A DNA stretch of 64,000 nt from Paludibacteraceae bacterium. GTDB taxonomy: Bacteria; Bacteroidota; Bacteroidia; Bacteroidales; Paludibacteraceae. A program made the translations under genes and the position numbers. The notes beneath the pieces are model-generated. The model ran no database searches, had not been told where the DNA came from, and saw nothing but the letters and a program-made list of their open reading frames with translations. How positions within the stretch are numbered: the first letter of the stretch is position 1; each line of letters opens with the position of its first letter. The stretch covers positions 20,637 to 84,636 of the forward strand of contig JAFYSF010000025.1 of assembly GCA_017559505.1 (NCBI GenBank), in the 5' to 3' direction. Below, one piece after another: positions 46,384-55,937 of the stretch.

Positions 46384-47463
46384 ATGAAAAAAGCATTATT
46401 CTTATTTTTCTCGCTCGCCATATTAGTAGGTTGTACCCCAAAAACCGAGCAAACTTCATCTTCTAAACCTCGTAAACCAAAAAATATCATCTATATGATT
46501 GGTGATGGTATGGGTCTAAACCAAGTATATGCAGCCATGACAGCCAATGGAGGAACACTCAATATCGAACGTTGCACATACACTGGCCTATCAAAAACCT
46601 ACTCTGCCAATTCCTATATAACTGATTCAGCCGCAGGAGGCACAGCCCTTGCCACAGGCTCTAAAACCAACAATGGCATGATTGGTATGAACGCCGATTC
46701 CGCAGCAGTAAAATCAATATTAGAATTAGCCGAAGAAAAAGGTATGGCTACAGGTCTCATTGCAACAGTTCGCATTACACATGCCACACCTGCATCATTC
46801 TATGCTCACCAAATCAATCGTGGGATGTACGAAGAAATTGCTACCGAAATGCTTACCTCTGGCGTAGATTTCTTTATTGGAGGAGGGCGCAACAATTTCG
46901 AAAATCGCAAAGATTCACTCAACTATTCCGACTCTCTCCGCAATGCTAATTACAACATAGTCTATTCAATTGACTCAGTCGAAGCTCCAGTTTTATTACC
47001 TTTTGGAGCCCTTTGTGCCGATGTAGATATGCCACAAGCACACGAACGTGGAGATTTTCTTCCACAAGCAGTAGATTTAGCTATAAAATCATTAGATGCG
47101 CGCGGCGATGGCTTCTTCCTTATGGTAGAAGGCTCACAAATCGATTATCAAGGTCATGGCAATAATACAGAAGGCGTTATCAATGAAACATTAGACTTTG
47201 ATAGTGCCATCAAAGTAGCTCTCGACTTTGCTGAACGCAACGGCGAAACCCTTGTAGTAATCACTGCCGACCACGAAACTGGCGGTATGACCATCATGAA
47301 TGGCTCATATTCCGACAAAACAATAGAAGCCCAATTCAACACAGGAGGTCACACAAGCACAATGGTCCCAATCTACTCTTTTGGACCTCAAGCCGACAAA
47401 TTTACTGGTATTATGGAAAATACAAAAATACCACTCCTAATAAAAGAAGCTTTAGAACAATAA
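46384..47463 (+). CDS. alkaline phosphatase (lipoprotein)
   Basis: ATG 46384 (MKKALFLFFSLAILVGC). Motifs are DGMG, TDSAAGGTA (Ser nucleophile), DHETGG and GGHT. Confidence 0.85.
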   Translation: MKKALFLFFSLAILVGCTPKTEQTSSSKPRKPKNIIYMIGDGMGLNQVYAAMTANGGTLNIERCTYTGLSKTYSANSYITDSAAGGTALATGSKTNNGMIGMNADSAAVKSILELAEEKGMATGLIATVRITHATPASFYAHQINRGMYEEIATEMLTSGVDFFIGGGRNNFENRKDSLNYSDSLRNANYNIVYSIDSVEAPVLLPFGALCADVDMPQAHERGDFLPQAVDLAIKSLDARGDGFFLMVEGSQIDYQGHGNNTEGVINETLDFDSAIKVALDFAERNGETLVVITADHETGGMTIMNGSYSDKTIEAQFNTGGHTSTMVPIYSFGPQADKFTGIMENTKIPLLIKEALEQ

Positions 47464-47465
47464 AC

Positions 47466-47498
47466 AAAAGAGGTGCAATATAATTTGCACCTCTTTTT
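47466..47498. terminator. bidirectional terminator between convergent genes
   Basis: 9-bp stem gaggtgcaa/ttgcacctc flanked by an A-run and a T-run. Confidence 0.7.
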
Positions 47499-47520
47499 AT
47501 TTTAATACCCATTATAAAGC

Positions 47521-48393
47521 TCATACGTTAGCTCTATTGAAGTCTTTTCTTATTTGCTCACGAAGGTTCTCAAGAGAAGAAAAACGTTGCTCATGGCGCA
47601 AAAAACGCAAAAAACGCAACTCTAACTCCTCACCATATAACTCTACACCTTCATATCCTATAATATGAACTTCTATAGTGCGCTTATCGCCAGAAACAGT
47701 AGGTCGTGTACCTATATTCAATACACCCCTATATTCTTTACCTCTCACAACAACTTCTACAACATAAACTCCATCAGATGGTATCAATTTAAACGAATCA
47801 ACCTGCAAGTTTGCTGTAGGAAATCCTATTTGACGACCTATTTTTTGACCTTCTACTACCCTACCTTTAACAAAATATTTATAACCTAAAAACTTATTAG
47901 CCAAAGGTATATCCCATAATTCTAACGCACGACGCACTTTTGAACTACTCACCATCACTTCACTCTCACTAAAACCATCGCAGCGTTTAATCTCTAAACC
48001 TAATTGCTTGCCATACGCAATATACTCGTCGAAAGATGTACTTCTATCGCTGCCAAATCGATGGTCATACCCCATCAACAACACTTTAACTCCATAATTC
48101 TCAACAAGTAATTGCATAAATTCACGCGATGTAAGTTTTGATAACTTATCATCAAATTGCAACATAACTACCTCATCAACACCTTTTTGTTTAAGTAAAT
48201 CAACTTTCTCGTCTGATAGAGTCAACTGCTTCAATGCACAATTAGGGTCGAAAAACAATCGTGGATGATTGGCAAATGTAACAACTACAGATTGCATACC
48301 TCTTTGTTGTGCTTCTGTTTTTAATTGCTCCAACAAATAGTTATGCCCTAAGTGTACACCATCGAAAAATCCAATAGTAGCTACTTTACTCAT
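47521..48393 (-). CDS. ribF: bifunctional riboflavin kinase / FMN adenylyltransferase
   Basis: 290 aa with GFFDGVHLGH and GFPTANL. Confidence 0.9.
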   Translation of the reverse strand: MSKVATIGFFDGVHLGHNYLLEQLKTEAQQRGMQSVVVTFANHPRLFFDPNCALKQLTLSDEKVDLLKQKGVDEVVMLQFDDKLSKLTSREFMQLLVENYGVKVLLMGYDHRFGSDRSTSFDEYIAYGKQLGLEIKRCDGFSESEVMVSSSKVRRALELWDIPLANKFLGYKYFVKGRVVEGQKIGRQIGFPTANLQVDSFKLIPSDGVYVVEVVVRGKEYRGVLNIGTRPTVSGDKRTIEVHIIGYEGVELYGEELELRFLRFLRHEQRFSSLENLREQIRKDFNRANV

Positions 48394-49805
48394 TATTTTT
48401 TAGCATCAATACGTTTTGTAATTATCTCATAAAGAATGAGTCCAATAGCAGCAGCAACACCAATGGCAGCAAAATAATACCAAATGTAATGTGCATTGGC
48501 AGATGCTTCAAGCCAAGCCTCACGAGTTTCAAACAATTTTGGGTCTGGACAATATTTTTGCAACAATACGCCTGACAAACCAAAACCTATGATAGATGAG
48601 AAGAATGAATCTAACTGACTAAAACCAAGATACATACCCTCTTCACCTTTAGGTGCTTGAAGAGAGAAATACTCTAAATAGCGCGGAGTGATGAAACACT
48701 CACACAAACCTTGTAACATAATACCTACGACCAACATAAGTGTGATAGGGTGCATTCCAATAATAGGCTCACTACCAAGAAGATTGCCTGTTGACATAAC
48801 CAATGCCGCTACTGGTACTAAAATCATACCTACAACCATAGAGGTTAGGGCAGTGTAGCGCGACATCCATTTAGTAATTAAATTAACCATCAAGACTACA
48901 ACCAATGGGTTGACGTTGGCAATCCAACCAGGTTTAGCTGCCTCGCCTGCCATACGGATAACATATTTAGGCATAGTAGCATACAACTGTTGCTGACACA
49001 TCCAGAAACCAGAGGCAATAAAAATAAAAATCAATAAACGTTTGTTAGTCAAACCTTTCCACAAACCTTGCCATACTTCACGCATTGTTTTATTCTCACC
49101 TTCGGTATTCACCGAATGATACATAAATATAATTAACAACAAAGCAATGAGACACAATGCTGTAGAGAAGAAATTGACATAGATATAAGCACGCTCGCCA
49201 ATCCAAGAACGTAGTGGGTCTATAACTGTTTTACCACTGAAAGCACCAATATTGACTAAAGTGTAGAAAATAGAGTAGCCTCGAGCGCGTGTTTCAGTAG
49301 TTGTTTCACGTGCAACAGAAGCACGAATAAGACTACGAATGAAACTACCACCTACGACCATAATCAACATAATTGGTATAACTAACCATTTGAGTGGACT
49401 TTCGTGCAATCCAAAATATTGGTTTTCGGTAATAACATTTGCTACGAGTGCTTTTGCACCTTCAGGTGCATCGGCATAATGAACTAATCCAAGACCTTCG
49501 AGCATAAATGGCAATACACCCAACAAGAGATAGCCAATAGGCATCATAGTGAAGGCAATAATCATAGCTTTGCGATAACCAATTTTGTCGGCATAGGCAC
49601 CTGTGAAAATTGGTAGCAAATACATCAACGCAGAAAATCCACCAGAAATGAACCCTGCCTCAATATCGCTAAATCCAAGAATATTCGACAAATAAAAAGT
49701 AATGGCTATAAAAAGCGCATAATAAGCCGTACGCTCGAGCATCTCGGCAACATTGGCTGTCCAGAAAGCAGCTGAAAATTTTAATTTTTGAGTTTGTTGT
49801 TCCAT
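48393..49805 (-). CDS. POT/PTR2-family peptide MFS transporter
   Basis: Start moved to MEQQTQKLKF (ATG = revcomp 49803-49805). EMLERTAYY is an ExxER-type motif. The ORF-track N-terminal 50 aa read through the repeat element. Confidence 0.8.
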   Translation of the reverse strand: MEQQTQKLKFSAAFWTANVAEMLERTAYYALFIAITFYLSNILGFSDIEAGFISGGFSALMYLLPIFTGAYADKIGYRKAMIIAFTMMPIGYLLLGVLPFMLEGLGLVHYADAPEGAKALVANVITENQYFGLHESPLKWLVIPIMLIMVVGGSFIRSLIRASVARETTTETRARGYSIFYTLVNIGAFSGKTVIDPLRSWIGERAYIYVNFFSTALCLIALLLIIFMYHSVNTEGENKTMREVWQGLWKGLTNKRLLIFIFIASGFWMCQQQLYATMPKYVIRMAGEAAKPGWIANVNPLVVVLMVNLITKWMSRYTALTSMVVGMILVPVAALVMSTGNLLGSEPIIGMHPITLMLVVGIMLQGLCECFITPRYLEYFSLQAPKGEEGMYLGFSQLDSFFSSIIGFGLSGVLLQKYCPDPKLFETREAWLEASANAHYIWYYFAAIGVAAAIGLILYEIITKRIDAKK

Positions 49806-49839
49806 ATAATAGATTTTTTTATTTTTATCAAGAATAAAT

Positions 49840-49948
49840 ACACACAGTGAGTGGGTGTCAGTCTTCTTCGGTGAAGTTTGCTTGAAGGTTGCTTGAGAGG
49901 GTAGGAAGATATTTGGATTTTGAATATACACTGTGAATGGGTAGTCAG
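49840..49948 (+). repeat. copy 4 (full ~105-bp form) of the GTGTCAGTCTTC... element, with ~20-bp terminal direct repeats
   Basis: DR-L is acacagtgagtgggtgtcag (49842-61) and DR-R is acactgtgaatgggtagtcag (49928-48). The core is gtcttcttcggtgaagtttgcttgaaggttgcttgagagggtagg. Confidence 0.85.
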
Positions 49949-50030
49949 AAAACAATTTTTTTTAGAAAAACTATTAAATCTACACTAAAAATCAAGCACA
50001 GATACTAAGCATTAGAAAAATATTCGATTC

Positions 50031-51848
50031 TCAAGGCTCTATTTTTGGATGAAAATGAGTGTAAACTACTGATGCTCTTGATTTTCCTATAACTTCGGAA
50101 ATTTCGATTTCAGAAGCCAAAGAGATTCGTTTTACCGATTTAAAGTGCTTTAAGAGCAAATTTTTTGTTTTTTCGCCCACACCAACAATTTTATCGAGCT
50201 CGGACTGTGTTTGACTCTTACTACGCTTGTCGCGATGAAATGTAATAGCAAATCGGTGCACCTCGTCTTGCACAGAGGCAAGAAATTTGAATAACACGTC
50301 GGTTGGTTTCAATCCAACTGAACGCGGTGGAAAACCAACCAATACTTCAGACGTATGGTGTTTATCATTTTTAGCTAAACCTGCAATTGCAATATTTAGA
50401 CCTAACTCGTCTTCAACAACTCGACGTACTACCTCCATCTGACCTTTACCCCCATCGGTCAAAATCAGATCGGGTAGGGTAGTGCCTTCTTCAATCATAC
50501 GACTATAACGACGATGCACAACCTCTGCCATTGAGGCATAGTCATCAGGACCTTCTACCGTTTTTATAATATATTTTCGATAATCTTTTTTCGATGGTTT
50601 CGCCATTTTATAAACAACACATGCTGCTACGGCATCGCTACCAGAAATATTAGAATTATCGAAACACTCGATATGTTGAGGTAATTTTTCGAGATATAAT
50701 CGTTCTTGTATTTCTTTTAACAAGCGTACTTGACGTTGCTCTGGATTCAACTTCTCACTTTGCTTATATTTATCTACACGATATTGCTTAACATTCTGAA
50801 TACTAAGATCTAAGAGTTTTTTCTTATCTCCCTTTTGAGGTATAATGAAATTAACCTTATCTAACTCAATATCAGGCATAAAAGGTACAATAACCTCACG
50901 AGAAATACTCTTAAAACGCTCGCGTAACTCGACAATAGCTAATGATAATATTTCTTCTTTAGGTTCATCAAGTGTTTTTTTATATTCAATTGTGAATCCT
51001 TGAACTACTGAGCCACCAGCTATACGCAATATATTGATATAAGCTGAACTTTCATCTTCGTCGTAACCAAAAACATCTATGTCATTATCACTCGTAGTAG
51101 TGATAACAGTTTTTAATTGATATTTTACGATTAAATCATACTTTTCTTTAATTTTTTGAGCCTCTTCAAATTTATATTCAGCAGCTAATTGTTGCATCTG
51201 CTGCATAAGATAATCAGTAATAATATGAGAGCGTCCTTTGGCTATTTCACGAATTTCATCAATAAATTTTCTATATTCTTCCTGCGATTGACGACCAACA
51301 CATGGAGCCAAACAATTTTTTATATGATATTGTAAACATACATCATACTTGTGAGATGCGATACCTTGTTCTGATAATGGATGCTTACAAGTGCGGATAG
51401 GGTAAAGCTCTCGTATCAATTCGAGTAATAAATCGAGAGTCCAACTACTTGGATATGGTCCGAAATAATCGGCACCACGCACTACATTGCGAGTTTTAAA
51501 AACTCGAGGAAATGGTTCTTTTGTAATACACAACCAAGGATATGTTTTACCATCTTTAAGTAAAATATTATATCGTGGTTGATATTTTTTTATAAGATTA
51601 TTTTCTAAAAGTAGAGCATCAGCTTCGGTATTTACACATATGTATTTTATATCAGCAATATTACTTACTAATATATTAGTTTTAGCTGAATCATGTTGTT
51701 TATTAAAATACGATGAAACCCGACGTTTTAGATTTTTTGCTTTACCTACATAGATAATTTTACCTTCTGAATTAAAGTATTGATATACTCCAGGCGTAGA
51801 AGGCATCACAGAAATAATCTGTTTTAAATTATCTTTTATAGTAGTCAT
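50031..51848 (-). CDS. uvrC: excinuclease ABC subunit C
   Basis: 605 aa with a GIY-YIG N-terminus (GVYQYFNSEGKIIYVGKAKNLKRR), a UVR domain and a C-terminal HhH. Confidence 0.95.
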   Translation of the reverse strand: MTTIKDNLKQIISVMPSTPGVYQYFNSEGKIIYVGKAKNLKRRVSSYFNKQHDSAKTNILVSNIADIKYICVNTEADALLLENNLIKKYQPRYNILLKDGKTYPWLCITKEPFPRVFKTRNVVRGADYFGPYPSSWTLDLLLELIRELYPIRTCKHPLSEQGIASHKYDVCLQYHIKNCLAPCVGRQSQEEYRKFIDEIREIAKGRSHIITDYLMQQMQQLAAEYKFEEAQKIKEKYDLIVKYQLKTVITTTSDNDIDVFGYDEDESSAYINILRIAGGSVVQGFTIEYKKTLDEPKEEILSLAIVELRERFKSISREVIVPFMPDIELDKVNFIIPQKGDKKKLLDLSIQNVKQYRVDKYKQSEKLNPEQRQVRLLKEIQERLYLEKLPQHIECFDNSNISGSDAVAACVVYKMAKPSKKDYRKYIIKTVEGPDDYASMAEVVHRRYSRMIEEGTTLPDLILTDGGKGQMEVVRRVVEDELGLNIAIAGLAKNDKHHTSEVLVGFPPRSVGLKPTDVLFKFLASVQDEVHRFAITFHRDKRSKSQTQSELDKIVGVGEKTKNLLLKHFKSVKRISLASEIEISEVIGKSRASVVYTHFHPKIEP

Positions 51849-51891
51849 ATAAAAGGTAGAAACGCAAAAAAGTGCGTCTCATTTTTTATCA

Positions 51892-52416
51892 TTAAAAATG
51901 TATTAAAGATTCAACCTCTATTTCAGAATCGAAAACTTTACGACCCTCAAGAAAATCTAATTCAACAAGGAAGTTAACATAGATTTTTTTTATACCAAAT
52001 TTTTTAACCAAATCACAAGCTGCTTTCATAGTTCCACCTGTTGCAAGAAGATCATCATGAATAAGAACTACATCGTTTTCATCGAGAGAATCAGCATGAA
52101 TTTGTATAATATCTTCACCATATTCCTTACCATAAGAAATTTCTATAACATCGGCAGGAAGTTTACCTTTTTTACGAATAGGCACAAATCCAACTCCAAG
52201 TTTATTACCAAGCACAGGAGCCATAATAAATCCACGTGATTCAATACCTACAACTTTAGTAATACCTTTATCCTTATAAAGACGATATAATTCATCTTCA
52301 AAAAATTTCATACAATCAGGATTTTTAAAAGCTGTTGTTAAATCCTTAAACACGATTCCCGAAATAGGAAAATCTATTATATCACGAATATTAGCTTTTA
52401 CTTCTTCAATTGTCAT
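51892..52416 (-). CDS. apt: adenine phosphoribosyltransferase
   Basis: 174 aa with the PRPP-binding motif VVLIHDDLLATGGT. Confidence 0.9.
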   Translation of the reverse strand: MTIEEVKANIRDIIDFPISGIVFKDLTTAFKNPDCMKFFEDELYRLYKDKGITKVVGIESRGFIMAPVLGNKLGVGFVPIRKKGKLPADVIEISYGKEYGEDIIQIHADSLDENDVVLIHDDLLATGGTMKAACDLVKKFGIKKIYVNFLVELDFLEGRKVFDSEIEVESLIHF

Positions 52417-52475
52417 AATATATTATTTTTTTATAAATAGTTTTTCGTTACACTCAAGATTTTTGCAACTACAAA

Positions 52476-52491
52476 AGTTCCACGTGGAACA
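52476..52491. promoter_or_regulatory. candidate parS centromere site AGTTCCACGTGGAACA
   Basis: Perfect 14-bp palindrome GTTCCACGTGGAAC, 14/16 to TGTTNCACGTGAAACA. Intergenic between mnmG and apt, ~9 kb from parAB. Confidence 0.6.
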
Positions 52492-52500
52492 TAAATATTT

Positions 52501-54378
52501 TTATCTACCTAACATAACAAGTAATACATTTATATCATTTGGAGATATACCCGGAATACGACTTGCTTGTCCTATAGTTTGTGGTTTTATTTTATTTAAC
52601 TTTTGACGTGCTTCAGTTGATAAAGATTGAATAATAGAGTAGTCGAATTTATCAGAAATATTAATATAATCTAAACGCTGAAGTTTATCAGCAACCATAC
52701 GTTCACGATCAATATAACCAGAATATTTAATAAGAATTTCGGCTGCTTCAAGAATTTCTTCACGACGCGATTCTTCTATAAAATCAGTTTGACGACGAAG
52801 CTCTGGTATTATATCTAAAAGATTATTTATGGTTAATTGTGGACGTAACAAGAAATCGAAAAGTCGCATAGTTTGACGTGCTGGAGTAGAACCAACAGAA
52901 ACAAGAAAATCATTTATCATATCTTGTCGTACCGAATAGTTGCGAGTGAATTCTATAAAATTAGATATAGCTTCACGTTTTGAAATCATTAAATCGTATC
53001 TATCTTTTTTAGCTAATCCAAGTTTATATGCTTTTTCAGTTAATCGCATATCAGCATCATCTTGACGAAGAAGAATACGATATTCTGCACGCGATGTAAA
53101 CATACGATATGGTTCGTCAACACCTTTAGTTACTAAATCATCTATCAATACACCTATATATGCTTCATCACGACGAAGAATAAATGGTTCGCCACCATGA
53201 CAATTTATATGTGCATTTACACCTGCAATTAAACCTTGACCAGCTGCTTCTTCATAACCAGTTGTACCATTAACTTGTCCAGCAAAGAAAAGATTTTTTA
53301 CAAGTTTTGTTTCAAGTGTATGATAAAGTTGAGTAGGATCGAAGAAATCGTATTCAATAGCATAACCTGGACGATAAGCTTTCATATTCTCAAGACCTGG
53401 TACAGTACGCAAAGCAGCAAATTGCACGTCCATAGGAAGAGATGATGAAAAACCATTGATATAATACTCTTGTGTATTATATCCCTCAGGTTCTATAAAT
53501 AATTGATGTTGATCTTTATCAGCAAAAGTTACAATTTTAGTTTCAATACTTGGACAATAACGTGGACCTATACTTTGTATTTGACCATTATATAGAGGTG
53601 AATCTTTTAATCCACTACGAAGTATATCATGAGTTTCAGTAGAAGTATATGTTATCCAACAAGGTTGCTGTGGAAGAGGACGTGGTTTGAAGTCAAGAAA
53701 AGAAAATTTATGAAAGTCGTTTTCTCCATCTTGACGTTGCAACTTATTGAAATCTATTGAATTACCATTAATACGAACAGGAGTACCTGTCTTCATACGA
53801 TCAGTTGTAAACCCTAAAGATTTTAATTGCTCAGTAACACCAAAAGATGAAGGTTCAGATATTCGACCTCCAACAATTTGAGTACGCCCAATATGCATCA
53901 AACCATTAAGGAAAGTACCTGCAGTAAGAACAACACTATTAGCTTGAAAATCAACACCTAACGTTGTTTTTACACCTTTTACTACATTATTTTCTATTAT
54001 TAATTCAGTAACAGTATCTTGCCAAATATCAAGATTAGGAGTAGTATCCAATATCTCACGCCATTTCATAATAAAATGCATACGATCAGATTGACTACGT
54101 GGACTCCACATAGCTGGACCTTTACTTCTATTCAACATACGGAATTGAATAGCAGTCATATCAGTAACAATACCCATATAACCACCAAGTGCATCAATTT
54201 CACGAACAATTTGACCTTTGGCAATTCCACCAACAGCAGGATTACAGCTCATTTGAGCTATCTTATTCATATCCATGGTAATAAGTAAAGTCTTACTACC
54301 CATATTTGCTGAAGCACAAGCTGCTTCGCAGCCTGCGTGTCCTGCTCCTATAACAATAACATCATATTGAAAATTCAT
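52501..54378 (-). CDS. mnmG: tRNA uridine 5-carboxymethylaminomethyl modification enzyme MnmG (GidA)
   Basis: Start at MNFQYDVIVIGAGHAGCEA (ATG = revcomp 54376-54378). Confidence 0.95.
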   Translation of the reverse strand: MNFQYDVIVIGAGHAGCEAACASANMGSKTLLITMDMNKIAQMSCNPAVGGIAKGQIVREIDALGGYMGIVTDMTAIQFRMLNRSKGPAMWSPRSQSDRMHFIMKWREILDTTPNLDIWQDTVTELIIENNVVKGVKTTLGVDFQANSVVLTAGTFLNGLMHIGRTQIVGGRISEPSSFGVTEQLKSLGFTTDRMKTGTPVRINGNSIDFNKLQRQDGENDFHKFSFLDFKPRPLPQQPCWITYTSTETHDILRSGLKDSPLYNGQIQSIGPRYCPSIETKIVTFADKDQHQLFIEPEGYNTQEYYINGFSSSLPMDVQFAALRTVPGLENMKAYRPGYAIEYDFFDPTQLYHTLETKLVKNLFFAGQVNGTTGYEEAAGQGLIAGVNAHINCHGGEPFILRRDEAYIGVLIDDLVTKGVDEPYRMFTSRAEYRILLRQDDADMRLTEKAYKLGLAKKDRYDLMISKREAISNFIEFTRNYSVRQDMINDFLVSVGSTPARQTMRLFDFLLRPQLTINNLLDIIPELRRQTDFIEESRREEILEAAEILIKYSGYIDRERMVADKLQRLDYINISDKFDYSIIQSLSTEARQKLNKIKPQTIGQASRIPGISPNDINVLLVMLGR

Positions 54379-54398
54379 AATACAAAGGTACAAAAAAA

Positions 54399-54433
54399 AG
54401 TTGAAATGTAAAATTTGAAAATTGAAAGTTTTT
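54399..54433. repeat. heptamer array ARTTGAA-type x5
   Basis: agttgaa atgtaaa atttgaa aattgaa agttttt. Confidence 0.65.
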
Positions 54434-54753
54434 TACTTTTATTTTATTAACAATAGTTATTAACAAATATGTGAATTAGTTGTGGAAAAATAATAACAAA
54501 TATTTTGAAAATGGTATTGTAATTGTAAAAAATAAAAATATATGAAAAAAGTTTTTTAATAACAATGCACAACAGTTATAAATTTATTATCTATTTTTTC
54601 AACATAAAACTAACATAGCTAAATTATTAAAAAACAATAATATAAATATAATTACTAACATTTTCCACACCATATAATTATTATCATTTTTTATTTTATT
54701 AAAAAGAAAAAATTAAATCTAAATAATAGTTTGAGAGGAAATGTGTAATTCTA

Positions 54754-55743
54754 CTATTCGTTACAATTTCTACATATATCAAATGATTTACGATTACTTA
54801 AAAGAGTATTACGAAAATCATATGCTTTTTCACTTTTCCATATTTTTTCAATTTTATTTTCTTTTATGTTTCCATAAATATATTTTTCTTGTTTATCAAA
54901 ACAACAAGGTAAAATATTTCCGTCAGCTGAAACTACTATTCCATACCAGGCACGAAAACATGCTTTTGAAAAATCTTTTTTAATTTTCCATTCATTATTT
55001 ATTTTATGATATCTACTATATTTATTTATGGTAGGTATAATTTCTGAATTTTTATTTGGAGAATGAATTTGTGCTGATTTAATCGAAATTTTATCAGCAC
55101 CCCATATTGGTGCTAATTGTTTAAATTCATCTATTTGATGTTCGTTAAATTTAAAAACTATAAATTGAGCTTCTATGCAAGGTGTTTTACTATTAAGTTC
55201 TGTTTTTGCTTCTTTCAAAAATTTTATAGTTTCAATAGCTTTTGATAATAATCCACCTTTACGATATTTTTCATATATTTCTTGAGTAGTTCCATCTATT
55301 GATATAATTATTCTATCAAGACCTGATTTTACAATTTCAATGGCAATATTTTTATTTATAATTTGGGCATTTGTAGATGTAATTGTATAAATATTATATT
55401 GTTTAGCATAAAATATGTAATTTGTAAAATTTTTATTTAAAAAAGGTTCACCTTGAAAATAAAATATTGCATCAAGCATTGTAGTACCTATTTCATTTAT
55501 AATTTTACAATATTCATCATAGTTAAGAAAATTATTTTTACGATTAGTTAAATTATTACCGACGTCACATTGTGGACAATTAAGATTACAGCGTGAAGAT
55601 AATTCAAAAGAAGCAAAAGATGGTTTACCATATACATATACTTTTTTAGTTATACGCGATAATAAGAATGCTATTATGTTATTAAAAAAGTTATAAAATT
55701 TATAAATGTTAATTTTACAAAAATATTTCATAAAAAAACACAT
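54754..55743 (-). CDS. radical SAM protein with SPASM-like C-terminal Cys cluster
   Basis: 329 aa with the CNLNCPQC (CxxxCxxC) motif. The C-terminus has CFRAW...PCCFD...CRNC. The N-terminus is hydrophobic. The gene is very AT-rich. Confidence 0.8.
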   Translation of the reverse strand: MCFFMKYFCKINIYKFYNFFNNIIAFLLSRITKKVYVYGKPSFASFELSSRCNLNCPQCDVGNNLTNRKNNFLNYDEYCKIINEIGTTMLDAIFYFQGEPFLNKNFTNYIFYAKQYNIYTITSTNAQIINKNIAIEIVKSGLDRIIISIDGTTQEIYEKYRKGGLLSKAIETIKFLKEAKTELNSKTPCIEAQFIVFKFNEHQIDEFKQLAPIWGADKISIKSAQIHSPNKNSEIIPTINKYSRYHKINNEWKIKKDFSKACFRAWYGIVVSADGNILPCCFDKQEKYIYGNIKENKIEKIWKSEKAYDFRNTLLSNRKSFDICRNCNE

Positions 55744-55815
55744 TAAAAATATTATGTTAAATATTTAAATATCAATAGTTTAATAAAAAATAAAGATATT
55801 ATATAATTTTTGTTG

Positions 55816-55823
55816 CAAATTTA
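55816..55823 (-). promoter_or_regulatory. candidate -7 box (TAAATTTG on minus strand) for the radical SAM gene
   Basis: Plus-strand CAAATTTA, 73 nt upstream of the start at 55743. Confidence 0.4.
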
Positions 55824-55848
55824 GTAATAATATTTTAATTTTTATTTG

Positions 55849-55856
55849 TATATTTG
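55849..55856 (+). promoter_or_regulatory. candidate -7 box TATATTTG
   Basis: 82 nt upstream of the ATG at 55938. Confidence 0.45.
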
Positions 55857-55937
55857 CAAGGAATTATAAGTTTGGATATCTATGTACTTAAATATCTTAA
55901 AATCAGATAATAATCAATTATTTAATATTATTTAATT

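Noticed and set aside
48393-49955. The long ORF-track N-termini of the POT transporter. The same applies to dusB (to 9639), nqrB (to 16127), parA (from 42066), the HExxH protein (from 39243) and mnmG (to 54393).
   Set aside because: The extensions read through repeat elements, heptamer arrays or terminator hairpins, and some start at non-ATG codons. Conserved family N-termini begin at internal ATGs, which I used instead.
54383-54390. A CAAAGGTA (-7 box on the minus strand) immediately upstream of mnmG.
   Set aside because: It lies only 5 nt from the ATG, so the predicted transcription start would fall at or inside the start codon. It was not reported as a promoter.
54598-54673. A 24-aa hydrophobic sORF (MVWKMLVIIFILLFFNNLAMLVLC, minus strand) downstream of the radical SAM gene, considered as a RiPP precursor. 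A 10-aa MIIIIWCGKC sORF at 54654-54686 was considered too.
   Set aside because: Such ORFs arise easily in this very AT-rich DNA. There is no leader/core architecture or promoter. The sORFs lie downstream of the enzyme gene and overlap the DnaA-box-like motif.
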